Positions 1 through 8,730 of a stretch of 64,000 nucleotides of DNA are shown one piece after another. The stretch lies in assembly GCF_016903815.1 (NCBI RefSeq), contig NZ_CP069973.1, one strand, 5' to 3'. The number at the start of each line of letters is the position of its first letter. Position 1 is the stretch's first letter. The DNA comes from Escherichia coli. Lineage in GTDB: Bacteria > Pseudomonadota > Gammaproteobacteria > Enterobacterales > Enterobacteriaceae. A program made the translations under genes and the position numbers. The notes below the pieces were generated by a model. It was not told the DNA's origin. It did not search any database and saw only the letters and a list, made by a program, of their open reading frames with translations.

Positions 1-99
1 GGTGATGTACCAGGCTGTTGTTACAGATTTTTAACTCCATGAAAACACTATGCAAACGCAGCCATACCCGGGTTGTCCCCTTGCGTTGTGTTTCTCAAG

Positions 100-210
100 T
101 TAATAGAATACATCGATCGTTACTATCATATCGATCGTTATAAACGATCGTTTGTAGTAAATGACCTCCTCCTTGGTTGTCATGAAAATGCGTCTTAGGA
201 AGGTTAAATA
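100..210 (+). promoter_or_regulatory. Upstream regulatory region of the GTPase operon with three clustered GATC palindromes and a Shine-Dalgarno
   Basis: GATC at 115-118, 133-136 and 146-149 inside repeated (A)TCGATCGTTA / AACGATCGTT palindromic units; AGGAAGG at 197-203, 7 nt before ATG 211. Confidence 0.5.
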
Positions 211-2607
211 ATGCACGAAAAGAACATCGCCCTGCTTTGTGATGAAGCCGACCGACTTTTGCAACTGAACATTAATCTGCTCCGGCAAATGGTTGAGGAG
301 CCAGATGTGTTATCTGACAGTAAGAACGAAAACAGACTGCTTTTTGATAAACAGAAAGCACTGAAAAGAATTGAGGAGCTGGAGGGCGAACAAATCAAAA
401 CCGCCCGCAGGGAGATGGTGCTGGCTGTTGTCGGCACGATGAAAGCAGGCAAATCAACCACCATCAACGCCATTGTGGGGCAGGAAATTCTGCCTAACCG
501 TAACCGCCCCATGACCTCTGTACCGACGCTCATCCGCCACGTTCCCGGAAAAACTGAGCCGGTTCTCCATCTGGAACATATTCAGCCTGTCCGCAATTTA
601 TTAATCACACTGCAGGAAAAACTCGCCACCCCGGCAGGACAGCAGGTCGCACAGACCCTGCAGCAAACCGGGGATACCCGCGAACTGCTGGATATTCTGA
701 CGGATGATGGCTGGCTCAAAAATGAATACCACGGGGAGGAGGAAATCTTTACCGGACTGGCATCGTTAAACGATCTGGTTCGTCTTGCTGCGGCAATGGG
801 GACTGAATTTCCTTTTGATGAATACGCCGAAGTGCAGAAACTGCCGGTGATCGACGTGGAATTCAGCCATCTGGTGGGGATGGATGCATGCCAGGGAACA
901 CTCACACTGCTGGATACCCCCGGCCCTAATGAGGCCGGACAACCGCAGATGGAAGTGATGATGCGGGATCAACTGCAGAAAGCCTCTGCGGTTCTGGCTG
1001 TGATGGATTACACCCAGATGAACTCAAAAGCGGATGAAGACGTCCGTAAAGAGCTTAATGCCATTGCTGACGTATCAGCCGGCCGCCTGTTTGTACTGGT
1101 CAATAAATTTGATGAGAAAGACCGCAATGGCGATGGGGCAGATGCCGTACGCCAGAAAGTTCCGGCAATGCTGAACAGCGATGTGCTGCCCGCCTCCCGT
1201 GTTTATCCCGGATCCTCACGCCAGGCATACCTGGCTAACCGTGCGCTTCATGAGTTACGGAAAAACGGAACCCTTCCTGTTGATGAAGCCTGGGTCGATG
1301 ATTTTATCAGAGGTGCCTTCGGTTGCATGAAAAAAGAATACGTCTGTAAAGACAGTGAACTGGCAACTGAAGGGGCGACAGACCTGTGGGAAGGCTCACT
1401 TATCGATCAACTGATAACGGAAGTCATACAGAGCTCACATTCCAGAGCTGCGGCACTGGCGGTTGACTCTGCCGCCGCAAAACTGATGCAGAATGCAGAA
1501 AATATCAGTGAATACCTGTTGTTACGCCATCAGGGGCTACAGCAAAGCATTCAGTCACTGCAGTCGCATATCACCAGCCTGCTTGCGGATATCCGGGAAA
1601 TCGCGGACTGTCAGGAGCAGATGACCACTGATGTCAGAATGGCCATGGAGGAGATCGATACTAAAACCCGGGAATTACTGACGGGGGTCTGCACCTCACT
1701 GGAAGAGGAGCTGAATGACTATTTCAGAAGCGGTAAACGCAAAGAACAGCAAATGCTGGAGGAAGAAGACGCAGAACAACGAAGGTCTCAGTCCGGATTA
1801 TGGGGGAAAATTTCTCAATGGTCCGGTATCAACAACCAGGGCCGGGAGGATTACAGGAAACGAGATTTTGCCCCGGACAGCCCCGAAATAAAATTCAGTG
1901 ATCGCAGGGAAGCCCTTGAACTGATGACGCAAATCGAATCGACCGTGACCAGCCTGCACCGTGAGGCTGAAGCACAGTTCCGGCCTGAGCTGGAGAAAAT
2001 CGTCAGCGGGATTGAAACAGGTTTTCGTGGCACGGCCCTGTACGCCACAGAAAACATTGCCGGTCGCATCAATGCCCGCCTGGAGGATGAGGGCTTTACC
2101 GTAAAAATCAGTTTTCCGGCAGTCAGCCAGTTACAGACCCGGCTCGCGGTAAAAATAAATCTGAGTGCGCTTATGGAGGAAAGAACGGAGACCGTCACCC
2201 GTCGCCGTCGGCAGAGTGGCGTATGGGGAACCGTTTGTCGATGGTTTGGCACCAGTGACCTGGGCTGGGAAAACTATGACGAGGATGTGAGTCGCAGCGT
2301 GATCAATATCAACAAGGTCAGAGAGGAAGTTATGTCACTGACCCGGGCATATTTCGGGGAGCTGCAGGCATCCATTGAGCAGGATATTAACCAGCCCGTC
2401 CGCCAGGAAATCGATGCCTTTTTCTGCGCATTCAGGGAGAAAGTTGAACAACTGCGTAACACGCTGATTCAGAGCTCTGAAGATCATAAACGCGATCAGC
2501 AGGCGCAGGAACGGCTTACCGGGCGACTTCAGGCATTAAATGAAAGGGTTCCTGAGCTCATTACTGACAGTAAGGCGCTGAGGGAAGAGCTGGAGACAAT
2601 GCTGTGA
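211..2607 (+). CDS. Dynamin-like large GTPase (CrfC/YjdA-like), 798 aa
   Basis: P-loop VVGTMKAGKSTTINAIVG, switch-II LLDTPGPNEAG, G4 VLVNKFD; long helical/coiled C-terminal half; strong RBS; stop overlaps next start. Confidence 0.85.
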   Translation: MHEKNIALLCDEADRLLQLNINLLRQMVEEPDVLSDSKNENRLLFDKQKALKRIEELEGEQIKTARREMVLAVVGTMKAGKSTTINAIVGQEILPNRNRPMTSVPTLIRHVPGKTEPVLHLEHIQPVRNLLITLQEKLATPAGQQVAQTLQQTGDTRELLDILTDDGWLKNEYHGEEEIFTGLASLNDLVRLAAAMGTEFPFDEYAEVQKLPVIDVEFSHLVGMDACQGTLTLLDTPGPNEAGQPQMEVMMRDQLQKASAVLAVMDYTQMNSKADEDVRKELNAIADVSAGRLFVLVNKFDEKDRNGDGADAVRQKVPAMLNSDVLPASRVYPGSSRQAYLANRALHELRKNGTLPVDEAWVDDFIRGAFGCMKKEYVCKDSELATEGATDLWEGSLIDQLITEVIQSSHSRAAALAVDSAAAKLMQNAENISEYLLLRHQGLQQSIQSLQSHITSLLADIREIADCQEQMTTDVRMAMEEIDTKTRELLTGVCTSLEEELNDYFRSGKRKEQQMLEEEDAEQRRSQSGLWGKISQWSGINNQGREDYRKRDFAPDSPEIKFSDRREALELMTQIESTVTSLHREAEAQFRPELEKIVSGIETGFRGTALYATENIAGRINARLEDEGFTVKISFPAVSQLQTRLAVKINLSALMEERTETVTRRRRQSGVWGTVCRWFGTSDLGWENYDEDVSRSVININKVREEVMSLTRAYFGELQASIEQDINQPVRQEIDAFFCAFREKVEQLRNTLIQSSEDHKRDQQAQERLTGRLQALNERVPELITDSKALREELETML

Positions 2608-3509
2608 CTTCACCATTTATTCAACAAATTGCTGATAACCGGGTATGTCAGGTACTCACCTGTCTTCCTGAAAAATTTGTGGTTGATTTCGCAAACGGAA
2701 TCGATGTTGCACAGGAGCATATCCGCACGGCCGGAGAGCGCACGTTCTTCCGGCGTTTAAAAGAGGGGCTGACCGGCGAAGGCGCTGCACGGCAGAATGC
2801 CATCAATGCGTCGCTTGCACAGGGCGTTGAGGCGTCCCTGCGCTGGCTGACGGAGATGACAACGTCACTTGCCACCACAAACTACGCGATTACCCGGGTA
2901 AACGACAGGGTCAGTTCACTGGTCAGTGATACAGCCAGGCTGGCGCATTATTCCGCAGATACGCGGGAGCAGTTACTCACCCTGGCCGATCAGGTTCACC
3001 ATAAACTGAATCATCTTGAAGAAAAACTCCACCGTGTTGACCAGGTTCAGCGGGCGCAGTTACATCTTGAGCAGATATTCTCATGGTGGAGCGCCGGGCG
3101 ATATGCGTCATTTTCCCCTGCCGGACGTTGTTATGTGGCACTTGAAGAGCTTCGCTGGGGCGCGTTTGGTGATGTGATACGTCAGAGCGAAACAGGCCAG
3201 GTTAACCAGCTACTGGATATTCTCAGACATAAAGCATTAACGCAGATGGCACAGGAGAGTGGCGGTAGTGCAACCGTGCGTCTGAACACTCTGGACTGGC
3301 TTGGTGGTCAGGGCCGGGAGCAGGCAGATAACGAGTGGCATGACGCGATTAACTGGCTGGGAGACTGGTGCAGTGAAGAGCAGCATCCGGTGATCTGGTC
3401 AACCACGCAGGCTGCAGAACACTTACCGGTTCGCATGCCTCGCCTCTGCTCTGCAGAACGCCTCTCTGAAAGTATGGTCGATGAAATATTTCAGAAGGGG
3501 GCTGCATGA
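2604..3509 (+). CDS. Hypothetical helical protein, 301 aa, operon partner of the GTPase (YjcZ-like by position)
   Basis: GTG start overlapping upstream TGA (GTGA at 2604-2607); own stop overlaps next ATG (ATGA at 3506-3509); no recognisable catalytic motif. Confidence 0.7.
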   Translation: MTSPFIQQIADNRVCQVLTCLPEKFVVDFANGIDVAQEHIRTAGERTFFRRLKEGLTGEGAARQNAINASLAQGVEASLRWLTEMTTSLATTNYAITRVNDRVSSLVSDTARLAHYSADTREQLLTLADQVHHKLNHLEEKLHRVDQVQRAQLHLEQIFSWWSAGRYASFSPAGRCYVALEELRWGAFGDVIRQSETGQVNQLLDILRHKALTQMAQESGGSATVRLNTLDWLGGQGREQADNEWHDAINWLGDWCSEEQHPVIWSTTQAAEHLPVRMPRLCSAERLSESMVDEIFQKGAA

Positions 3510-4576
3510 GTACAGAAATGAAAACGGGGCTGGTGCTGTCCGGTGGCGGGGCGGTGGGCGCTTATCAGGCGGGAGTGGTTAAGGCACTGGCAGAGTGTGG
3601 TACACAGATCAGCATGGTTTCAGGGGCCAGCATTGGCGCATTCAATGGTGCCATTATCGCGGCCTCTCCCGATCTGTCAGAAGCTGCCGTACGCCTGGAG
3701 GCGCTCTGGGATCATCTGGGGAATAATCAGGTGCTGTCGGTAAACAGATTGGTTTACTTTTCATTGCTGAAAAAATTGTTCCAGGCAATGAACCTCTGCC
3801 AGATCCCCGGACGTGCAGGAGCACTGCTTACGACGCTTCTTCGCCATATATCGACAATCAACGGGTTTGACAATCTGATGGCTCAGCCGTTGTTGTCAGA
3901 TGAGCCCCTGACAGCGCTGATGGATCATTATCTTGATACTGATGCTCTGGCAGACGGGCTACCGCTGTATGTGTCGCTGTACCCCACAGAAGGGGGCATG
4001 CAGGATATTATTGACTGCATTCGTGCTGAACTGGGTGTCGGAACCACGAAAAACGCCGTTTTTCAGCATATCCAGAGCCTGCCCCGCGGACAGCAGAAAG
4101 AGGCTCTGCTTGCGTCAGCCGCGCTGCCCCTGCTGTTCCGTCCCCGTGAGGTTCAGGGGACAATGTTCGGTGATGGTGGTATGGGAGGATGGCGAAATAT
4201 GCAGGGAAATACCCCTGTGACGCCTCTGGTCGATGCCGGATGCAATATGGTGATTGTGACGCATCTGAGTGACGGTTCTTTATGGGATCGCCAGGCTTTT
4301 CCGGACACCACAATCCTTGAGATCCGTCCCCGGAAAAGGCTGAAATATGCAGGTGATGGTGGCAACAGCGGCGGTCTGCTCAGTTTTACATCGGCACATA
4401 CCGACGCCTGGCGTCAGCAGGGCTATGAAGACACGATGCTGGCGATGGAGCATATCCGGAAACCGCTGGCAGCACGTCAGGCACTGACCCGGTCAGAGGC
4501 GGTATTGCAGAAAAGCCTGGATATAACGGAAGAGGCAGATTTGGCACTGAGAAACGCGATGGCCCGGATTAAATAA
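3506..4576 (+). CDS. Patatin-like phospholipase, 356 aa
   Basis: Oxyanion motif GLVLSGGGAVGAYQAG, serine motif GASIG (GxSxG), catalytic-Asp motif FGDGGMGG; translationally coupled to upstream gene. Confidence 0.85.
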   Translation: MSTEMKTGLVLSGGGAVGAYQAGVVKALAECGTQISMVSGASIGAFNGAIIAASPDLSEAAVRLEALWDHLGNNQVLSVNRLVYFSLLKKLFQAMNLCQIPGRAGALLTTLLRHISTINGFDNLMAQPLLSDEPLTALMDHYLDTDALADGLPLYVSLYPTEGGMQDIIDCIRAELGVGTTKNAVFQHIQSLPRGQQKEALLASAALPLLFRPREVQGTMFGDGGMGGWRNMQGNTPVTPLVDAGCNMVIVTHLSDGSLWDRQAFPDTTILEIRPRKRLKYAGDGGNSGGLLSFTSAHTDAWRQQGYEDTMLAMEHIRKPLAARQALTRSEAVLQKSLDITEEADLALRNAMARIK

Positions 4577-4593
4577 AGACGCCCCAAAGAAAC

Positions 4594-4617
4594 GCCACCG
4601 CCTGTGGTGGTGTTTTT
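4594..4617 (+). terminator. Putative rho-independent terminator after the phospholipase gene
   Basis: Short GC stem CCACC...GGTGG followed by TGTTTTT, 18 nt after stop. Confidence 0.4.
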
Positions 4618-4906
4618 CCTGTCTGGTGTTATTGAAAATATTTTCAGATATATATTACCTGAGAGAAAGTTTTACCCCTCACCTGTCAATTCACTCACTG
4701 GAAATTTAATTATGAAATTACCTGTAAAGTTATTAATGAGCCTTATATCTCTGGTCAGCGTTATTGCACGTGCCGGGGAATATAAAAATTACAGCCGGGA
4801 TGAAATAAAATACTGGCGATATACATCATACAAGGGGGGGAAACTTCCGGAAGGTTTCACTGATGAGAAATTTTCCAGCGCCATTTACAACGGAAGAATA
4901 TTTACA

Positions 4907-5395
4907 ATGAAACGTTTACATACCCTTATGTTATTTCTGGCGGTTCTGTTCACGGGCTTTAACTTTAACGCAGAAGCGGCTACCGTAAAACAAGCTCTTA
5001 GTTGTAACCCAGAAGCCTGGGCTGAACAACCTGGAGCGTGTCCATCAACGTACGAGTTGTACGAAGGTGACGCTACCTACAAAGCCGCTATCGACAAAGC
5101 ATTAAAACCGGTCGGACTGAGCGGCATGTTCGGTAAAGGCGGCTATATGGATGGCCCTGGTGGAGGTATCACGCCAGTAAACATTAACGGTACAGTCTGG
5201 TTCCAGGGCGACGGTTGCAAAGCCAATACCTGCGGCTGGGACTTTATCGTAACACTCTATAACCCAAAAACCCATGAAGTTGTTGGCTACCGTTACTTTG
5301 GTTTAGATGACCCGGCCTACCTGGTTTGGTTCGGTGAAATTGGCGTGCATGAATTCGCGTATCTGGTGAAAAACTACGTAGCTGCGGTTAACTAA
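4907..5395 (+). CDS. Small secreted protein, 162 aa, with Ivy-like disulfide loop; alternative in-frame start at 4712
   Basis: Signal peptide MKRLHTLMLFLAVLFTGFNFNAEA; motif GCKANTCG resembles the CKPHDCG loop of Ivy lysozyme inhibitors; low GC; the frame stays open upstream to ATG 4712, which has its own signal peptide. Confidence 0.6.
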   Translation: MKRLHTLMLFLAVLFTGFNFNAEAATVKQALSCNPEAWAEQPGACPSTYELYEGDATYKAAIDKALKPVGLSGMFGKGGYMDGPGGGITPVNINGTVWFQGDGCKANTCGWDFIVTLYNPKTHEVVGYRYFGLDDPAYLVWFGEIGVHEFAYLVKNYVAAVN

Positions 5396-5410
5396 TTTAA
5401 GGAGTCTATC

Positions 5411-5821
5411 ATGAAAACTTTTATCAAAACTTTACTCGTTGCTGTAACTATTCTGTTCTCTGTCTTCGCTACTGCGAAACAAGTAAAACTGCCAAATAAC
5501 ATCAAATACGTTAATACTACAGAAGCGTTTTCCTGTACCGAAATTGACGGTATGAATTGCCAGACAAAGAATCAGTTCAACTATAAAGATAACAGCTATG
5601 TTTTCGTGCTTGAACGTGGTGGTGCCTGGTGCTACGACTACACTGTCTCGGTAGTTAACCTGAAAACCGGGAAAGCACAAATGATTGAATACGGGGACAA
5701 TCAACTGTGCTCAGGTAGCAACAAACCGTTCTTCGAAATCAAAAATGGCGTACCGACGGTAGGAGTCATCGACACATCCGGAAAACCTGTCGTTGTAGCC
5801 CAGGACAAACTTAAAATCTAA
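5411..5821 (+). CDS. Small secreted cysteine-containing protein, 136 aa
   Basis: Strong RBS TAAGGAG 6 nt upstream; signal peptide MKTFIKTLLVAVTILFSVFATA; low GC; no recognisable family. Confidence 0.7.
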   Translation: MKTFIKTLLVAVTILFSVFATAKQVKLPNNIKYVNTTEAFSCTEIDGMNCQTKNQFNYKDNSYVFVLERGGAWCYDYTVSVVNLKTGKAQMIEYGDNQLCSGSNKPFFEIKNGVPTVGVIDTSGKPVVVAQDKLKI

Positions 5822-5964
5822 GGAGTAAACCATGCGTTTCTCTGCACATTATTAATATCAAAGGTAAATACAGCCCCAGCCATTGTTACCGGAAAGCCGC
5901 TTAATGCGTGGCTCGCCAGTGAAAGGCCTCTCAGACAATAAACCTTATTCATTTCACCCGTCAG

Positions 5965-5996
5965 GCCGCGTCTTCTCCGGGAGACGCGGCTTTTTT
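5965..5996 (+). terminator. Rho-independent terminator
   Basis: Stem GCCGCGTCT / AGACGCGGC with 8-nt loop, followed by TTTTTT. Confidence 0.7.
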
Positions 5997-6041
5997 CATT
6001 TATTGCACCAGTAAATCTTAACCACCGATAAGGAGCAAAGT

Positions 6042-6863
6042 ATGCGATTAGCAAGTCGTTTTGGTTATGCTGCAAACCAGATACGCCGTGACCGTCCGCT
6101 GACACATGAAGAACTGATACGCCATGTACCCAGTATTTTTGGGGAAGACCGGCACACCTCCCGCAGTGAACGGTATGCGTACATTCCCACCATTACCGTC
6201 CTGGAAAATCTGCAGCGGGAAGGCTTTCAGCCGTTCTTCGCCTGCCAGACCCGTGTGCGCGACCCGGGCCGCCGGGGATACACAAAACACATGCTGCGTC
6301 TGCGGCGGGCCGGAGAGATAAACGGAGAACATGTCCCTGAAATTATTCTGCTCAACTCTCATGACGGTACCTCCAGCTACCAGATGCTGCCGGGTTACTT
6401 CAGGTTCGTCTGCCAGAACGGGTGCGTCTGTGGCCAGTCTCTGGGGGAAGTGCGTGTTCCACACCGGGGAAATGTAGTGGAGAAAGTTATCGAAGGGGCT
6501 TACGAGGTGGTGGGCGTGTTTGACCGGATAGAGGAGAAGCGTGATGCCATGCAGTCGCTGGTCCTGCCGCCACCGGCACGCCAGGCGCTGGCACAGGCGG
6601 CACTGACTTACCGTTATGGTGACGAACATCAGCCCGTCACCACCGCCGACATTCTGACGCCGCGACGCCGGGAGGATTACGGTAAGGACCTGTGGAGCGC
6701 ATATCAGACCATCCAGGAGAATATGCTGAAAGGCGGGATTTCCGGTCGCAGTGCAAAAGGAAAACGTATCCATATCCGGGCCATTCACAGCATTGATACC
6801 GACATTAAGCTCAATCGCGCATTGTGGGTGATGGCAGAAACGATGCTGGAGAGCCTGCGCTGA
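6042..6863 (+). CDS. DUF932-family protein (YfjQ/YafZ-like), 273 aa
   Basis: Full-length ORF with RBS AAGGAG; recalled similarity to CP4 prophage DUF932 proteins. Confidence 0.75.
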   Translation: MRLASRFGYAANQIRRDRPLTHEELIRHVPSIFGEDRHTSRSERYAYIPTITVLENLQREGFQPFFACQTRVRDPGRRGYTKHMLRLRRAGEINGEHVPEIILLNSHDGTSSYQMLPGYFRFVCQNGCVCGQSLGEVRVPHRGNVVEKVIEGAYEVVGVFDRIEEKRDAMQSLVLPPPARQALAQAALTYRYGDEHQPVTTADILTPRRREDYGKDLWSAYQTIQENMLKGGISGRSAKGKRIHIRAIHSIDTDIKLNRALWVMAETMLESLR

Positions 6864-6944
6864 TGCCGTTTCCCTGAGTGAGGGAATCATTCAGCTTTCG
6901 TTCCTGAAAAACACACATTTATTTGTTATTTAAGGAGTTATCTC

Positions 6945-7424
6945 ATGAAAACCGTTTCTCAGAATACCCCCACAATTTATTCAGCTACAACACCAGAGAA
7001 TAATCCGCCTCAGTTGGTTGCCAGCCTCGTCCCTGATGAACAGCGCATCAGCTTCTGGCCGCAGCATTTTGGCCTCATTCCACAGTGGGTGACCCTGGAG
7101 CCCCGTGTCTTCGGCTGGATGGACCGTCTGTGCGAAGACTACTGCGGTGGTATCTGGAATCTGTACACCCTGAACAACGGCGGGGCATTTATGGCACCCG
7201 AACCGGATGACGATGATGACGAAACATGGGTACTGTTCAATGCCATGAACGGTAACCGCGCTGAAATGAGCCCGGAAGCCGCCGGTATTGCCGCCTGTCT
7301 GATGACGTACAGTCATCATGCCTGTCGTATGGAGAATTATGCCATGACGGTCCATTATTACCGGTTGCGGGATTACGCCCTGCAGCATCCGGAATGCAGC
7401 GCCATTATGCGCATCATCGACTGA
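6945..7424 (+). CDS. Antirestriction protein, KlcA/ArdB family (YfjX/YafX-like), 159 aa
   Basis: RBS AAGGAG; acidic DDDDDE stretch; family recognition from the sequence. Confidence 0.75.
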   Translation: MKTVSQNTPTIYSATTPENNPPQLVASLVPDEQRISFWPQHFGLIPQWVTLEPRVFGWMDRLCEDYCGGIWNLYTLNNGGAFMAPEPDDDDDETWVLFNAMNGNRAEMSPEAAGIAACLMTYSHHACRMENYAMTVHYYRLRDYALQHPECSAIMRIID

Positions 7425-7916
7425 ATGGAGAGAAGCACAATGCAACAACTTTCCTTTCTGCCCGGAGAGATGACGCCCGGCGAGCGCAGCCTCATTCAAC
7501 GGGCCCTGAAAACCCTGGACCGCCATCTTCATGAACCCGGCGTGGCCTTCACCTCCACCCGTGCAGCACGGGAATGGCTGATTCTGAACATGGCGGGACT
7601 GGAGCGTGAAGAATTCCGGGTGCTGTATCTGAACAACCAGAATCAGCTGATTGCCGGTGAAACCCTCTTCACCGGCACCATCAACCGCACGGAAGTCCAT
7701 CCCCGGGAAGTGATTAAACGCGCCCTGTACCACAATGCCGCTGCCGTGGTACTGGCACACAATCACCCGTCCGGTGAAGTCACACCCAGTAAGGCAGACC
7801 GGCTTATCACCGAACGTCTGGTACAGGCACTGGGCCTGGTGGATATCCGGGTGCCGGACCATCTGATAGTCGGTGGCAACCAGGTTTTCTCCTTTGCCGA
7901 ACATGGTCTGCTTTAA
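7425..7916 (+). CDS. yeeS: RadC-like JAB-domain protein (YeeS/YfjY family), 163 aa
   Basis: JAMM-type motif HNHPSGEVTPSKAD; exact start uncertain (an internal Met follows 5 codons in). Confidence 0.75.
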   Translation: MERSTMQQLSFLPGEMTPGERSLIQRALKTLDRHLHEPGVAFTSTRAAREWLILNMAGLEREEFRVLYLNNQNQLIAGETLFTGTINRTEVHPREVIKRALYHNAAAVVLAHNHPSGEVTPSKADRLITERLVQALGLVDIRVPDHLIVGGNQVFSFAEHGLL

Positions 7917-7978
7917 CCCGTCACAACCACATCACACCTGTTTTCACTTTTATCTTCTGTCTTCAGAGGTATCCCATT

Positions 7979-8200
7979 ATGAAAATTATCACCCGTGGTG
8001 AAGCCATGCGTATTCACCAACAACATCCGACATCCCGTCTTTTTCCGTTCTGTACCGGTAAATACCGCTGGCACGGCAGTGCTGAAGCGTATACCGGTCG
8101 TGAAGTGCAGGATATTCCCGGTGTGCTGGCCGTGTTTGCTGAACGCCGTAAGGACAGTTTTGGTCCGTATGTCCGGCTGATGAGCGTCACCCTGAACTGA
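7979..8200 (+). CDS. yeeT: DUF987 protein (YeeT-like), 73 aa
   Basis: Size and sequence match the YeeT/YkfH/YpjJ family; sits between the RadC-like gene and the antitoxin. Confidence 0.7.
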   Translation: MKIITRGEAMRIHQQHPTSRLFPFCTGKYRWHGSAEAYTGREVQDIPGVLAVFAERRKDSFGPYVRLMSVTLN

Positions 8201-8273
8201 GTGGGAATTCTGATGAGCAGAATTATCGCCACTACCGGACCATTCTTAGCCGATTTTCTGTAAGGATTTTATC

Positions 8274-8642
8274 GTGTCAGACACACTCCCCGGGACAACA
8301 CTTCCCGACGACAATCACGACCGCCCCTGGTGGGGGCTGCCCTGCACCGTGACGCCCTGTTTCGGGGCACGTCTGGTGCAGGAGGGTAACCGGTTGCATT
8401 ACCTTGCCGACCGCGCCGGTATCAGAGGCCTGTTCAGCGATGCAGATGCGTACCACCTGGACCAGGCCTTTCCGCTGCTGATGAAACAACTGGAACTCAT
8501 GCTCACCAGCGGTGAACTGAATCCCCGCCATCAGCATACCGTCACGCTGTATGCAAAAGGGCTGACCTGCAAAGCCGATACCCTCAGCAGTTGTGGTTAC
8601 GTTTATCTGGCTGTTTATCCGACGCCCGAAATGAAAAATTAA
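8274..8642 (+). CDS. cbeA: CbeA/YeeU-family antitoxin, 122 aa
   Basis: Length and sequence typical of YeeU/YfjZ/YafW antitoxins; immediately upstream of the cbtA-like gene. Confidence 0.75.
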   Translation: MSDTLPGTTLPDDNHDRPWWGLPCTVTPCFGARLVQEGNRLHYLADRAGIRGLFSDADAYHLDQAFPLLMKQLELMLTSGELNPRHQHTVTLYAKGLTCKADTLSSCGYVYLAVYPTPEMKN

Positions 8643-8730
8643 CTCTCCAGAATAGCCTTCTGCTACGGCCTGGTGTTTTCACCACGCCACTTTTCCATTT
8701 TTATATCTGCATATCAGGAAAATCTTCAGT

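Noticed and set aside
4604..4711. ATG at 4604 as the start of a 263-aa ORF
   Set aside because: No RBS; the N-terminal 36 residues are not signal-like, whereas signal peptides begin at 4712 and 4907; it also lies inside the terminator region of the upstream operon.
5831..5854. 7-codon ORF (MRFSAHY) with a Shine-Dalgarno immediately after the 136-aa gene
   Set aside because: Too short to support as a gene; more likely a remnant or leader in the 3-prime UTR before the terminator at 5965-5996.
6048..6890. 280-aa minus-strand ORF fully overlapping the DUF932 gene
   Set aside because: Antisense to a well-supported gene in a GC-rich segment; no RBS and an arginine/proline/glycine-rich translation typical of a spurious antisense frame.
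6981..7904. 307-aa minus-strand ORF spanning the antirestriction and RadC-like genes
   Set aside because: It crosses two sense-strand genes whose products have recognisable motifs; low-complexity translation; spurious.
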